From Octopus vulgaris (taxonomy: Eukaryota), in contig OX597825.1 in NCBI GenBank assembly GCA_951406725.2, positions 69,626,001-69,690,000 on the forward strand: a stretch of 64,000 bases of DNA. Reading direction: 5' to 3'. This document shows, piece after piece, positions 13,029 through 25,915 of this stretch. The position numbers and the translations under genes were made by a program. The notes beneath the pieces were generated by a model that saw only the letters and a list, made by a program, of their open reading frames with translations, had not been told where the DNA came from and made no database searches. How positions within the stretch are numbered: position 1 is the stretch's first letter; every line of letters starts with the position of its first letter.

Positions 13029-15275
13029 CACTGGGGCACAAAACAAATTTTTTTCGAAAGCTTTTTCACTTGATTTAGGGTAATTTTAGGGTGCTGAACT
13101 CAGATCTGACATCAGTTTTCTGACAGCTCGTGTTGTTTTTTTAGTTACTCGCATCAGATTTTCCAACGAATTGATAATATTGAGAAATTAGCATGCTATT
13201 TGCTTTCGATTTTCATTCATATACTTATCACTAGAACGAAGATAAGTGCTGATAGAAGGAAATGTAGACTACCTGTTAACTTGCCTCAAAAGATGTGGAT
13301 TTATTTTACTTTGTTATTGCTGTAATTATAGTAAAGTTCTCCTTACAGTAGGCTATTGATATTATAGTAAGCCACTCAGGCTCCCCTTTTCTTGATTACA
13401 GCTAGTGCTGTTAAAACGATGTACATCAAAGAAGAGAGCCAGGTTATATGAAAAGTAGTTTTGTAGTAAGTTTAATTATTTATTAAAGTGATCAATGTCT
13501 GAAATTTAGAGACGGAAAAAAACTGTTTCGTGGTGGCCATAGCTTCAGTTTATTCTATAATAATTTGTATTATTTTTCTTTGAGAAATATACATTTACAG
13601 TTGATTAATCTTATGTTTTACTTTGCTGATAGGCTTTCTTGAGTGTTGATTTAGGTTATTACTGTATGTATTCGTGATGTGCAGAAAAGTTTGTGTTAAT
13701 CACCAGAACAGCTTTTGTTACGTGTGTGGAAAGCTCTGAGAAATAGGTTTACAAAGAAATTTTAAAATAACTACAAACTTTATTTGGGTGCAATCTTGGG
13801 GGCAAAGATAAACTGTAGTCACCTCATGTTTGTTGTAAAAACTGCTACATGGCACTAACCCAATGACGGAAAGGTAAACGGAAAAGTATGCCATTTGCAG
13901 TACCAATGATATGGCGCACACCAACAAACCACTATACCGATTGCCATTTCTGCTTAAGTAACATAACATGCTTCTCTAAGAACAAATCCAAGATTGTTTA
14001 CCCAGATTGCCCTTCAGCTTTAAAACCAGTTGATCATGCTGAAAATATTCCAATTCCAGAACCTCCTTCATCTTTTGACAAAGATATTTTAAGTGAAGAA
14101 AGTACTGCATCTACTTCAATTGAAGGTATGCCGAGTGATAGAGCAGATCACTGTGATGAACCAGGATCTTCAAAAAATGTTCCTCATTAATTAATTCAAC
14201 TAGAGTTAAATGATTTAGTTAGAGATTTAAGTTTAACAAAAGAAATGTCTGAACTACTGTGTTCCAGGTTGAAACAATGGAACCTTTTATACGATGATGT
14301 AAAATGCTCGTATATTCGAAAACGGCATACAGAATTGCATTAATTTTTTACGGAGAAAGACGGTATTTTGTTTTTGTGGTGATGTTGAAGGACTCCTACG
14401 TGAGATGGGGTACGGCTATAATCCTGAAGAATGGAGGCTCTTCATAGATTCCAGCAAAGCAAGCCTGAAAATCCGTTTTGCTGCATAAGGACAATCAAAA
14501 AATATCAATACCACTAGCACATGCTGTAGGATTAAAGGAAACTTATGAATCAATGGATAAAATTTTGCACTTGATTAAATATTCTGAACACAAGTGGAAT
14601 ATATGCAGGGACTTGAATGTTATTGGTTTGCTTCTTAGATTACAAACGAGGTATACAAATCATCAGCGATTTTTGAGCTTTGGAACAGCAGAGATGACAA
14701 GCATCACAATGATCAAAACGAGTGGCCAAAAGAGAAGTGATTTCACTCCAAGGAGATACTACGTTAAATATATCCCTTTAGTTGACCCTCACAAAATTTA
14801 TCCTTTTCCCTTACTCATTACTTTATTCGTTTAAGAATTTTGTTAAGGCCATGAAGGAAAACGGTGACGGCTTCAAATATCCCATTGAGAAATTTGTTTC
14901 TAGCAAGAGTGAAGCTAAGATCAAAGCTGGTGTTTTAATGGACCAGAAATTCGCACACTAATTTGTGAGGAGCGTTTTCAAGAAAAATTAAGCCCAGTAG
15001 AGAAAACTGCTTGAGGAAAGTTTGTTTCACTTGTAAAACATTTTTGGAGAAATAAAATAAAAATCAACTATGCTGCAATTATGAATGACTTTTTGAAAGG
15101 TTATAAGCAACTTGTGGCAAGGATGTCTGCAAAAATTCATATTCTCCACTCTCATCTTGACTTATTTCTATCCAATATGGGTGATGTAAGTGATGAGCAT
15201 GGTGACCGATTTCACCAAGAAATCAAGGAGTTAGAAAGCCGCTATAGTGGCAGACTTACACCAAACATGCTCTCC
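13029..15275 (+). mobile_element. CMC-Chapaev3-type DNA transposon fossil (frameshifted transposase, 3' truncated)
   Basis: Starts CACTG. Motifs CVNHQNSFCYVCG, MPFAVPMIWRTPTNHYTDCHFC, ELNDLVRDLSL, EWRLFIDSSKASLK, KETYESM, MSAKIHILHSHLDLF...VSDEHGDRFHQEI. Confidence 0.85.
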
Positions 15276-15840
15276 AAAAGTGCGGTGTAGTAAGAGGTCG
15301 GACGAAGATTAGAAAAACGGAGATGGGGATCACATCTCGATTTTCGGTCAATTGCTTGTGTGGCTTACACCAAAACAGCAGTATCAGAAAAAAGTGTTAT
15401 ATGAAGAATTTTTGATGATCAAGACTTAGGAAGTCTTGTAGGGAAACTTCTTGCATACATATGATGCAGTCTTATAGGACGACTTTTCCCATAAACACCT
15501 GCAACTGTGTATGACCTGTTAGCTTGTGCCACCCTTTCTTGATTATGTAGTCACGAGCAGAGATAGGTATTGGCATCCACCATTGATCGAGCGAAACATC
15601 GAGATAAAACAGAGGCAAGGAGTTATGATTCACTGCATCTACTCTAGGCTGGTACTTTTTTTACTATTGAATAAATTTTAGTAAAATGAAATCATGTAAT
15701 TTGCCAAAGAAAGGATACGTTGCCCGGTCCAGGTATCAAAAATACGGGCTTATGATCGTGAGTTCATCACCCAAGCCACTAACCAAGGTGTTAAATGTTA
15801 AACTTAAATCCACAACCAGAAATATATAATACACCATCAA

Positions 15841-16242
15841 GGCGGCGAGCTGGCAGAAACGTTAGCACGCCGAGCGGAATGCGTAGCCGTATTTCGTCTG
15901 CCGTTACGTTCTGGGTTCAAATTCCGCCGAGGTCGACTTTGCCTTTCATCCTTTCGGGGTCTATAAATTAAGTACCAGTTACGCACTGGGGTCGATTTAA
16001 TCGACTTAATCCGTTTGTCTGTCCTTGTTTGTTCCCTCTGTGTTTAGCCCCTTGTGGGTAGTAAAGAAATCTGCCGTTACATCCTGAGTTCAAATTCTGC
16101 CGAGGTCGACTTTGCCTTTCATCCTTTCGGGGTCGATAAATTATGTACCAGTTACGTACTGGGGTCGATGTAATCGACTTAATCCGTTTGTCTGTCCTTG
16201 TTTGTCCTCTCTGTGTTTAGCCCCTTGTGGGTAGTAAATAAA
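15841..16242 (+). mobile_element. tRNA-derived SINE family A, head plus two body units, with TSD
   Basis: Head GGCGGCGAGCTGGCAGAAACGTTAGC, B-box GGTTCAAATTCC, core GCCTTTCATCCTTTCGGGGTC; direct repeat ATATATAATACACCATC on both sides. Confidence 0.92.
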
Positions 16243-16704
16243 TATATATAATACACCATCCGGTGTTTGAAAGAGAGCAGTTATCTTTTCTAACCGGCCT
16301 TAGTGAGTTTTATGTGTGCAAATATATACGATTATCTCATTTCTTCTAGTTGTTCTTCACAACGGCATGCCAAACTTGATTTTCAAGAGAAATCCATTCC
16401 AGCATTAACACATGAGTCACTTTCTCTACAAATACTTTTATGATGCAATGTTATTACCCGTTCGAATATGCCAATAGTACGTTAATAACATTGCATTTAT
16501 AAATATCACTGGTTACAGCTCCTACCCCATAACTTTTATGATGTTTCTCACTCTAAATACATATCATCAAGTGCTCTCCTTCTAGCAAAATCTAATAACA
16601 CTGAATAATATGATACTGATAAAATTGGCGTAATATCATCCGGATAGTTCCTTCCAGAGCACTAGCTGGTCACACGGCAATCTAAACAATTTTCTATTTT
16701 TTCT

Positions 16705-17094
16705 TTTCTACTCTAGGCACAATTTTTGGGAGGGGGCCAGTCGATTAGATCGACCCCAGTACGCAACTGGTACTTAATTTATCGACCCCGAAACGATAGA
16801 AGGGAAAGTCGACTTCGGTGGAATTTGAACTCGGAACGTAAAAACACGAAATACCTATTTCTATTTCTTTACTACCCACAAGGGGCTAAATACAGAGACG
16901 AAAAACAAGGACAGACAAAGGGATAAAGTCGGTTACATCGACCCCAGTGCGAAACTGGTACTTTATTTATTGACCTGGAAAGGATGAAAGGCAAAGTCGA
17001 CCTCGGCGGAATTTAAACTCAGAACGTAACGGCAGACGAAATACGGCTACGCATTTCGCCCGGCGTGCTAACGTTTCTGCCAGCTCGCCGCCTT
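16705..17094 (-). mobile_element. SINE family A, dimeric body
   Basis: Reverse-complement match to 15841; the second body unit ends in the alternative tail. Confidence 0.9.
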
Positions 17095-17126
17095 CAGCAT
17101 TCTATATATCATAAGCTTCAGATCAG

Positions 17127-17345
17127 ACGGCGGGATAGCAGAATCGTTTCGCGCTGGGCAAAATTCTTAGCAGCATTTCGGCCGTCTTTACGTTTTGTGT
17201 TCAATTTTCACCGATGTTCACTTTGTCGTTAACCATATCGGGATCGATAGAATAAGTACCAATTAATCACTAGGGTCGATATAATCAACTTATGCCTTCC
17301 TCCCCCCCTTAAATTGTTGGCCTTCTGCCAAATGGTGAAACAATT
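17127..17345 (+). mobile_element. Old diverged SINE family A copy
   Basis: gacggcgggatagcagaatcgtt...gatagaataagtacc...gggtcgatataatcaact. Confidence 0.7.
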
Positions 17346-17532
17346 ATATTCTTCAGAGGAAACACTGAGTGATATGATCTCTTTGAAAATGAAATGTTGA
17401 TTGTCCAACTTCATGTAGTGAAATATAAACTGCTAATTAAAACTACGCTCTTAAGGAGGGGAAACGTCATTAATTCGGGAATAAAACGATAGAAGCAGCA
17501 TCGAAATTTTAATTAAAAATTAACGCAATATA

Positions 17533-17703
17533 GGCGCAGGAGTGGCTGTGTGGTAAGTAGCTTGCTAACCAACCACATGGTTCCGGGTTCAGTCCCACTG
17601 CGTGGCATCTTGGGCAAGTGTCTTCTGCTATAGCCCCGGGCCGACCAATGCCTTGGGGGTGAATTTGGTAGACTGAAACTGAAAGAAACCTGTCGTATAT
17701 ATG

Positions 17704-17736
<33 letters not shown>

Positions 17737-17957
17737 GTGTGTGTCTGTGTTTGTCCCCCTAGCATTGCTTGACAACTGATGCTGGTGTGTTTACGTCCCC
17801 GTCACTTAGCGGTTCGGCAAAAGAGACCGATAGAATAAGTATTGGGCTTACAAAGAATAATTCCCGGGGTCGATTTGCCCGACTAAAGGCGGTGCTCCAG
17901 CATGGCCGCAGTCAAATGACTGAAACGAGTAAGAGTAAGAGTAAGAGTAAGTAAGAG
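17533..17957 (+). mobile_element. SINE family B, full length with (GAGTAA)n tail
   Basis: A-box/B-box-like head (TGGCTGTGTGG, GGTTCAGTCCC), CORE-like CTTGGGCAAGTG, internal (TA)n(TG)n. Confidence 0.92.
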
Positions 17958-18279
17958 TATACAGCCCGAGCAATGTAGGATGGACTTTGGTACCAAGAGT
18001 GAGGTGTGTTTCGAGGTACACAGACCTCCCAGGAAATTAGTTACTATAGAATGATTTATGGAAGAATGGCTATTATGCATTAACCTAGCATGTCATTCAA
18101 ATGAATCTTTCCTACATTTAGGTACATAACCAAGCCTGCTTCACTTCCAGATGATCGGAAAATGACGATGCTGGAAGGGACAATTTCATTATACATATAT
18201 AACAAAAGTTATATAATACAATATATGAATATTACAATATGCATATCATGCAATATATATATATGTGTGTATTTCCATA

Positions 18280-18935
18280 ACGCTAAGTTAATTTATCGAT
18301 CACCTATGGCGAACCTCTAAGTTATTTTATCGATCTCGTTTGGCGAACTGCTAAGTCATTTTATCCATCACGTTTGGCAAACCGCTAAGTTATCTTATCG
18401 ATTTCCTTTGGCGAATCGCTAGTTATTTTATCGATCTTCTTTGGCGAACCTCTAAGTTATTTTACCGTTCTCCCTACGCGAACCGATAGGTTATTTTATC
18501 TATTCACGTTTGGCGAACCACTAAGTTATTTTATTGGTTTCCTTTGGCGAATTTCTAGTTATTTTATCGATCTTCTTTGGCGAGCCTCTAAGTTATTTTA
18601 CCGATCTCCTTTTGCGAATAGCTAAGTTATTTTAACGATCACATTAAGCGAACCGCTATATTATTATATTGAACACCTTTGCCGAACCGCTAATGTTATT
18701 TTATCGATCACGATTTACGAACTGCTAAGTTACTTTATCGATCATGATTGGCGAACATCTAAGTTATTTTATCGATTCAATTGATGAACCACTAAGTTAC
18801 TTCATCGATCACGTTTGGCGAACCGCTAAGATAGTTTATCGATCTCCTTTTGCGAACCGCGAGATTATTTTATCGATCACGTTTGGCAAACCTCTAAGTT
18901 ATTTTATCGAACACGTTTGACGAAGAGCTAAGTTA
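18280..18935. repeat. 34-bp minisatellite, about 19 diverged units
   Basis: Unit approximately TTATTTTATCGATCWCSTTTGGCGAACCGCTAAG, head to tail with no spacers. Confidence 0.92.
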
Positions 18936-19449
18936 TACGATGAGCTTCTACACAGTTTTCCTTTACCAAAGTAACTCACAAAGCATTGACAATTTTGGGA
19001 TTATAATAGATGTCACTTGACTAAATTGTCGATTCTGTATTTTTTTCCATTATAAATATTACTACAGTTTGCTGTGTTCGTTGAACACATTCATATAACC
19101 CTACCCAACGGCATTGTTAAGATATTTTTCAAAGTCTTTTCTTGAAATTCTCACTAAGAATTAGATTTTTTATTCAAGTCATTTTACTCTAAATGTTACA
19201 AAATAATACGGCATCTGTAAATGAATATGTGTGTTTCATAAAAGTGTATAAGAATATCATGAGAAAATAACGGTTAAGAATTCTATAAAGTTCGAATATT
19301 TTCTGTATCCTCTATAAAATAACAAGATCCTAATATTTTCAAACAAGAGAATGAAAAATATAGTAACATCTACGCAGTTGCATCACTTGTAAGGAATCAT
19401 TAGTAAAGGAATTAGGATGAAGCGAATGCTAAAACCAACGCGTAAACTC

Positions 19450-20250
19450 AGAGAACGTGCTAATGGAGCTGAATATAGAATAAAGTAAAGGTGTAATGTC
19501 CACCCAAGTTATCAAATGAAATAATAGTCGTAACGTTACAGATAATTTTCTTGATTTCTTTCTGAGATTCCATATATTTCAGTTATGTCAGAAAATATTG
19601 ATTTTTACTTTCATAACAAAGTCTTAATTTGTCATGTAACTTATCCCACGTTGCATTATCTGGTTATATATTCTGATATGTTCCAACATCTTCCCGTTAA
19701 TAATGGCGTGTTACGCATGTTTATAAATTTGAAGCGATCTCTTATATGAAAATAATGGTTTAGACGAAGTAGAGTGACAATTTCAAAATATGAAAATGCA
19801 TGGATTCGTGGTGAACTTCATAATGCTTTTAGAATCCATTGGCAACATTTTTCCCGTTTTCATTTGATTTGGTGGCATCATAATTTCCATGATATTCGTT
19901 TTGATCTTCCTAAATCGAATACTACCAATCTATCTCTTGTGTATGTAAGCTTTATTTATCTAATGATTTCCCATTGCTATCGCAATGAAAGTAGATACCC
20001 GCAGATGATTTGTATCTACATTCATCGATTACATCATACAATCTGTATGACCTGATTCAAGTTGCTATAATCTTCATAACGCGCTCTGTATTGGTCCTTA
20101 ACAATAGCAATATCTATATTCCTGGTCGCTCCCCGTGATTGAAACTCACTGATTTTGGCTTTCTTAACTGGTTCGAAAATCACTCCAGTATTATATATGC
20201 TGTTAACGTTTGTATCTATATACATCAGTGCTTAGCAGTGTCACCCTGTA
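19450..20250 (-). mobile_element. Very degenerate Tc1-like fossil
   Basis: Terminus (reverse complement) TACAGGGTGACAC at about 20250; HTH-region-like SIYNTGVIFEPVKK...RGATRNIDIAIV; a NIWNL segment resembles the Tc1 IENxW motif. Confidence 0.35.
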
Positions 20251-20319
20251 ATCTACTTACTGAACAGCGCAACCAGTAATTGAACGATGACGGGAATATA
20301 TTAAGCAGGACCTGTGTCT

Positions 20320-21050
20320 TGCAATGAAATCGAACTTATTTTGAAACGAACCATTACTGGTGATGAAAAATGGATTGTCTACAAAAGCACCAATCAAAAA
20401 CCATCATGGTCCAAGCGTAAAAGAACCAGCACAAATCACATTGAAAGCTGAATTGCGTCCAAAAAGGTTATGCTGTCAATTTGGTGGGATGAATAATCTG
20501 TTGTATATTTGCATTAAAAAAATCCATGTTGTTAAATTCGTGGGATTACAGACATTACATATTTTAAGCTGCTTCGATCATTTCAGATGTTTACTGTCAA
20601 CAACTAATGAAACTAGAGGAAGCAATCAAAGATAGACGGCTAGAGTTGGCAAATCTTAAATCGTGTTCCACCATGACAACGCTAGGCCCCCACAAGTTTT
20701 GCTTATTCTTGAAAAAATATTGGAGCTTGATTAGGAAGTGTTGCCACATCCACCATATAGCCCTGAACTTGTACCGTCAGATTACCATTTATTTCGAAGT
20801 TTGCAAAACTCTCTGAATGGTGTAAACTTTTAATAATGACAATAACTTGAAACCGCATTTGTTTCAGTTTTTGGGTGATAAGGACCAGAAATACTACGAG
20901 CGCAGAATCACGAAGTTAGTAAAAACATGGCAAAAGGTCTTGGAGCAAAATGGAAAACGTATCAGTGCTTAAAGTTCATTCTTTGTATGAAAACAAAAAA
21001 GACTTTTATTTCACACTTAAAAACCGAAATTACATTTTTGTGAACCCAAT
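20320..21050 (+). mobile_element. Mariner (DD34D) 3' half with right TIR
   Basis: LKRTITGDEKWIVY, KKVMLSIWWD, FHHDNARPH, HPPYSPELVPSDYHLFRSLQNSLNG; ends ...GTGAACCCAATA. Confidence 0.9.
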
Positions 21051-21936
21051 ATATATATATATAAATGTAACTCCTCCCATCTGTTTTGTGATTAGATGGA
21101 ATTAATATGGCGGCTGCTTTCTTTTGATAGGTCAATCTACCCTGTCAAAACATCTCTACTAATGGTATATCGTTACATATAAACTCTCAGCTTTGGCATT
21201 CATATGAATATCGATGGCGTAAGACGAGCTCGTGTGTGTATTCGTCTGTGCGTATGTGCACGCGTGTGTGTGTGAGTGAGGGTAAACGCGCACGTGTTTG
21301 TGCACTCATACATGATGGTACTGACTGGTTGAATGTAAATGATGAGAAGATGTGGGAAGATAAACATCTCAAGAAGTGATGTATTTATAAACACCGAATC
21401 GTGAAACGAAAGTAGAAGTTTAGGGAGATATATAAATCGATAGCAAAAAGCCACTAAAACGATGTGGGTTGGGGGCTATGCGTGATGAGAAAACGAGATA
21501 AGATTCAATATTTAAAATGGATAACCATAAATAAATATGTTTTTACTGTACAGTGTTTATAATATACTATCATCACTTGTGCAATAACATACTACGTATA
21601 AAGCCGTATATTGTTAAGAGGAAAGACGTAACGTTAACATAACAATTAGCTGAACGAGTGAAAATATTGGATGGCTACTGTGAAGGTGGATGAAGAGAAA
21701 ACATTATATTCTATCAAAGTGCAGCGTGTGATGTTGTATGCTGTGACAAAAAGTTAATAGAATTGGGAACAAAAGGTAATTGCATGCGTAAAATATACGC
21801 AAAATCTTCCTCGCTTAAGACGTATGAAAATACGAGTTTATGTAAAAGATGAAATTCTCTTTGTCTCTGTTGCGTGTATACATACATATACATACACAAA
21901 CATACATGTGTGCGTGTATACATTCATATACATGTA

Positions 21937-21937
<1 letters not shown>

Positions 21938-22015
<78 letters not shown>
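21938..22015. repeat. (ATCT)n microsatellite
   Basis: Direct reading; a second tract lies at 62297-62390. Confidence 0.95.
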
Positions 22016-22077
22016 ATAAAGAGATGTAATGACTATCATTTTTAACTCTTGTTTCTGATATATATATATATATATAT

Positions 22078-22715
22078 AATCAGTATTAAATATGAGTATC
22101 ATTATAATTAGAGTTCAGCAAAAAAATTTGCTTTGCCACATACCGAACTTTTAGAAATAACAGCCAAAGAACTTAGCTATTTCTTCTACTATAAGAAGAA
22201 TCTCCCAGACAACGTATACCCGAAAACAATTCACGTAGGCATAGAGGAAACGATAACGAAAATTCACTCGGCATTTGATTACTTGTGGACGCGTTTCTGA
22301 GATAGATAGATATGGAGATGCTAGAATTACATCTTCATTCTACCATTCTCTTCATCATCACAAAGATTTCAAGATTATAAATTAGAGAGCACCGAAAAAA
22401 TTGAACATACCTATCTGATTCAAGTAACATCAGACAAACTATATCCAACTCCAGTACCAACGAATTCAAAACGTACGAATGACGCTTCTTATTCTCCTTC
22501 ACCCACCAACTGTAGGAATTTGTTACTCGACAACACACGTGGGTAGGTGAAGGAGAATACGAAGCCTCATACGTATGTTTTGAATTCGTTGGTACTGCAG
22601 TTGGATATAGGCCAGGGAAAATAAAGAAATGACACTTGTTCAAGTTGATGCGCAGTGAGATTAAACTCAAAACAGTGTAGTTACGGAGTAAATATCGTGA
22701 TCTAGGAGCCATGTT
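22078..22715 (-). mobile_element. Penelope-like non-coding element with hammerhead motif (family H4) and internal 40-bp inverted repeat
   Basis: Begins at (TA)n and shares accgaa-tttagaaata-cag-caaaga...tagctatt-cttctacta with 31741. IR about 22440-22478 versus 22572-22610. Confidence 0.6.
22283..22363 (-). ncRNA. Type I hammerhead-like motif with long stem II
   Basis: Reverse complement ttgtg-ATGATGA-agaga...tctca-GAAAC-GC-GT-C-cacaa: 5-bp stem I, palindromic ACGCGT stem III, C3>A. Confidence 0.6.
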
Positions 22716-22717
22716 AA

Positions 22718-22873
22718 GCGCAGGTGTGGTAAGTAGCTTGCTAACCAGCCACATGGTTCCGGGTTCAGTCCCACTGCGTGGCATCTTGGGCAAGTGTCTT
22801 CTGCTATAGCTCCGGGCCGACCAATGCTTTGTGAGTGGATTTGGTAGACGGAAACTGAAAGAAGCCCGTCGTA

Positions 22874-22934
<61 letters not shown>

Positions 22935-23150
22935 TTGTGTGTTTGTGTTTGTCCCCCTAGCATTGCTTGACAACCGATGTGGTGTGTTTACGTCCCCGTC
23001 ACTTAGCGGTTCGGCAAAAAGAGACCGATAAAATAAGTACTGGGCTTACAAAAGAATAAGTCCCGGGTCGATTTGCTCGACTAAAGGCGGTGCTCCAGCA
23101 TGGCCACAGTTAAATGACTGAAACAAGTAAAAGAGTAAAGAGGAAGAGTA
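22718..23150 (+). mobile_element. SINE family B
   Basis: High similarity to 17533-17957. Confidence 0.9.
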
Positions 23151-23796
23151 ACATTTCCATGCTTACAATGTTCACTCTTGATCCAATGAATTTTCGCTGA
23201 AAGATATTCCCTCCATAGCTATCACAATTTTATTTCAGTAAGACAGTAATTTATGATGTAGCAGATGATTGTGTGCTAAATCTAGCGAGTCCAAGGACTT
23301 CTATTAAATTCCATTTAATATATCCTTGAAAAAGAGAGGTTCTTTATTTTATTGATTCTAACAACAAAAGACAATGTTAATCTTGGCAGAGATTAAATGT
23401 AAAGGTAGACTTGAAGTGACAGCATCCCGTAAGTCATATTAAAACCACCGACTACTGACCGTTCCAAACATCGCTCGGCTTCCGAGGTTATAAAGCTATT
23501 CGTCTTAAGAAGAAATTATTTTCTTGTATTCATTATCATTCAGCGTATCTTCCTACAGCGATGCAATATCCTTGGCAAGGTGATTCTGAATTTCTAGTTT
23601 GATCCCAAATTCAGCTTTTGCTTTAAATTCATTAACATTTCAAATCAGAACTTTCTTGCTATAACTTCTGAAAGTTAGTCTGAATTGCGCTTGAATTATA
23701 AACGAAATGTAGTCTTTACTAGTGATTAACATACATTCATTTAGTTACATTTTCTACTTGCTAATCTCACCCACATAAAAAAGATGCATTTTTACG

Positions 23797-24016
23797 TATG
23801 AAGGGGCGCTAAAAAGTTCACGGCTTTAAGATATCATGAAAGGCTTGCTTGGAGGCCAAAACTTCTAACTTCTTTCGTAGGGCTTAGAAAAACCGAAGGA
23901 TCACTACAATAAGTGTGTGAACCTGAGAGGGGGATATGTTGAATAAAATCATAATTAACTGATCCTCTTGTAGTTTCTTTTATCCAAAGCCAGGAATTTT
24001 CAGTACAAGCAGGGTA
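23797..24016. mobile_element. Mariner-derived MITE (~220 bp)
   Basis: TIR-like ends gaaggggcgctaaaaagttcacggcttt / aaagccaggaattttcagtac; opposite-orientation copy at 45937-46160. Confidence 0.7.
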
Positions 24017-24811
24017 TGATTCTCGCAATACTTTGAGAAAACAACGGTGTTTTATCCAAGGGTAACTAGGTTTCGCTCTTACAACATAGACCTTCAACCA
24101 AGCGATTCGATCTACATTGATTAAACTTAAATTTATGTCCAAGTGTCATACATCTCGGCTCTACTTCCATCTTCTTCAACCAGAGTCATCCAAATGCTTT
24201 CTCAACAGCGTCTATAATATTCGTGACGGCTCTTCTTGTCCTTATTCGTGTAACGCCCTAGGCCCAATAGGCTTTACTGAGGACATGACTTGTGGACACT
24301 TAACTGTCAACCTTCACTGGCAAACATTTAGTTCACCCAATCGTGCAGCAGCTTTCCAGTAACTCCGGCTTCATAGGTCTCTTCTCTTGCGCCCCTACAT
24401 CCTCTCCTCATGGGACACAGTTAACTCCAATCAAACTAGCTGACATTTTGAACGCCGAAACTAAGGTTTATTAGACGTCTCATTAATAATTGCTATGCTG
24501 TCGAAGTATTGAGGACACACAATCACTTCCGGAGCCCAGTACAGTGCCCAGAAGGGGATGGTTGGTCGAAAGTTTGTGTAATATTACTTAAATGATCCTC
24601 TACAAATGCTGATATCACTCAAACTGAAAAATCGCTATATTCAACAATTGTTGGATACACCATTCAAAATGATATTTAACTAGGCTCGGATATGTGTGAA
24701 AACCTATGAAGGACGGTGAAATTTTATTTTCCAAATTCATATATGCATTATATCCTATGACGAAAGCAGGAATATATGAAATAATAATCATAAAAACAAA
24801 CACGACTTTAT

Positions 24812-24819
24812 ATAATAAA

Positions 24820-24865
<46 letters not shown>

Positions 24866-24978
24866 GCCACAAAAATAACAATAATAACAATAATAATAAT
24901 AATGATAATAAAATTAATAATGATAATAATGATAATGATAATGATGATGACGACGACGTTGATGATAATGATGATGAT

Positions 24979-25017
<39 letters not shown>
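24812..25017. repeat. (AAT)n/(GAT)n compound microsatellite
   Basis: Direct reading; it abuts the tail of a partial minus-strand SINE A (25020-25133). Confidence 0.95.
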
Positions 25018-25915
25018 CCTTTCTACTACAGCTACTAGGCTCTAAATTTGGGAGAGATGGGACGGATAGTCGATTACATCGACACCTAAACATAACGGGT
25101 ACTTATTCTATCGACCCAGAAAGGATGAAAGGAACAAGGCTTTAAATTTCAAGGGTAAACATTGACTTTATGAAGATACGAACTTGCGCACGTTGAATAG
25201 TGTTACATATCAAGTTGTACTCGTGTTGCGAATACATACGTGATGGAAACACGTGTAGTAATGACCTCAAAATATTCATTGGTTGTATTCTTCTTAGTAT
25301 ACTGTACATCATATGTACCAATGTTTCTCTTGAAACATCGTTTTATTTGCAGGATTCCTGCCACCAGGGACTTACTATGTGATCTCTGTTTTCTTTATCG
25401 ATTTCAATGGTTAGATAACCTGAAATACTTGGAACGAAATACCAAGCCAAAACACACACACACGCACGCACACAAACGCATGGCACACACACATACAAAC
25501 ACACATACACACACACACAAACACACACATACTAGAAGGATGGCGAAGAAGGAATGTCAGTGTGTCTCAGTCGCAATTTGTTTACATTCAAAAGTTATAT
25601 AATAATCTGTTCGTTAGCCGTTATAGAGATGGAGGGAGAGTGAGTAAGAGGTGGAGTAAAAGTGTAGGAGAGAAAGGGGTGAAGTGTCAGTAGAGAAGAA
25701 AGAACTGAGGAAGAAGTAGAGGCAGATGTATAATAAGGCAAAATGCATCACATGGTTAGTTGAAAGGAGAGGCGAAGGGTGAGAGAAACAGACTGTGAGA
25801 AAAAAGCGGGAGAGAGAAAAGAGGTAGAGAGAAATGCTAACGACGTACTGTGGAGAGGGGAAGGAAATGTAAAGAGAAAGAAATATGTTTAGGATACAAT
25901 ATTTAAGAGTGTGTA

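Noticed and set aside
15841-15930. tRNA genes at SINE heads
   Set aside because: A/B boxes are present but there is no complete cloverleaf, and each continues into a SINE body.
18280-18935. CRISPR-like array of ~34-bp repeats
   Set aside because: No unique spacers, no cas genes, eukaryotic context; the unit derives from a SINE.
24706-25038. Poly-Asn/Asp ORF
   Set aside because: (AAT)n/(GAT)n microsatellite with no splice or homology support.
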